Below, one piece after another: positions 63,122-64,000 of a stretch of 64,000 nt of DNA. The first letter of the stretch is position 1, and each line of letters opens with the position of its first letter. Origin of the DNA: Amoebidium appalachense (lineage: Eukaryota > Protista > Ichthyosporea); NCBI GenBank assembly GCA_963693365.1, contig CAVNZM010000007.1, positions 8,305,962-8,369,961 on the forward strand, written 5' to 3'. Position numbers and translations under genes: made by a program. A model generated the notes under the pieces. It worked only from the letters and a program-made list of their open reading frames with translations. It ran no database searches and was not told the origin of the DNA.

Positions 63122-63807
63122 CACAGTGCAGTGTGGGACGCTGTGGATGGTGGGATAGCAGGGCACCTACAGCCACACTTGGAATTTGCCGGGTTTGTGC
63201 ACTGAATGAATGCTTGCGTGCAGCCGGACACGCTGGTGCACGGGTAACACTGATGGGTCGTCTCAAGGAGGAAATGCCCGGGGTCACATGACGCGCACAC
63301 AGTACCCTTAGACCCATCTGGATAGACTATCTGATTGCATCCAAACCCAATAAGGGCCCAGAGGCCTGCATTGTTTTCAATGGATTGTATTGTTTTGTCA
63401 AATGCTGACTGTGAGCAAACGAGAGAAGTAAGCGATGTCTGCCAGTTCATTACGTCCAAATTTGCATCGTATACATGGTAGTCGTTTACGTTTGTGTGAG
63501 AGAGAGCTGCTATCTTTGCCAGAGTGTAACCGATTTTGAGAACACTCGTTTTGTTTCCTGCGACATTGAAGATAATCACGCCCCCGTGACATGCGTCGGA
63601 TGGGTTAGCAGTAAACGCACTTGGGTCAAACTGGCGTGTGGATGTGACCCGATGCGTCGAAATTGCCCCGTACTGGTCTGTTTTTGTCGGACTAAACGAT
63701 GTGGGGATGGTCACATATGTCACAGTTTGTGCGGCTGTTTCTGAGGTGGGATTGACAGCACCAGAAAAACTCGCCGTGAGGCCCAACACACACAAGGAGA
63801 GCTTCAT
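63121..63807 (-). CDS. Secreted family paralog 3 (more divergent), 228 aa
   Basis: Signal peptide MKLSLCVLGLTASFSGA; motifs TDQYGAISTHRVTSTRQFDPS, SDACHGGVIIF, DYHVYDA, LVC..FDK, W..IVYPD and C..C...FL....C.PCT...C.....CTNPANSKC. The extreme C-terminus could be spliced at a GTAGGT. Confidence 0.85.
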
Positions 63808-64000
63808 TTTCTATGATAGAGTTGGCTGCTTATATCCACAGTATACTTTTTGCTGGTTGAACTACTGGGATGATGATTATTCCTATTACCACCATGAATC
63901 CTTTCCGTCGCTCAGTACTATAGTATACTGAATGTTGGTGGTACAGTGTGGGCAATGTGTTGCCGCCGCGGCTGTGCGCCAAGGCTACTTCATTGGCGCC

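Overview
Eukaryotic genomic DNA with spliceosomal GT-AG introns. Introns and intergenic DNA are saturated with poly-C/G, (CA/GT)n and (CT/GA)n repeats, which explain almost all of the long ORFs in the track. The gene content suggests a unicellular opisthokont (possibly an ichthyosporean); this is inference only. By hand I reconstruct: the last three exons of a TM9SF1-like gene (+); a 5-exon heat-shock transcription factor (-); an 18-exon ThrE/Prm10-family exporter with a very long disordered C-terminal tail (+); a 13-exon Golgi KRE2/MNT1 (GT15) mannosyltransferase fused to a METTL24/Methyltransf_22-like domain (+); and three compact paralogous secreted Thr-rich/Cys-rich proteins, one with an in-frame TAG. 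Introns also carry TTAA-flanked MITEs. The most striking signal is a ~160-nt structured RNA present in the sense orientation in introns of two unrelated genes (7573-7730 minus; 37096-37256 plus). It has several covarying stems and all hammerhead-ribozyme core motifs (GUU, CGAAAC, CUGANGA), but in a non-standard, pseudoknotted order. All gene models and pairings were read by eye; no database searches were run.
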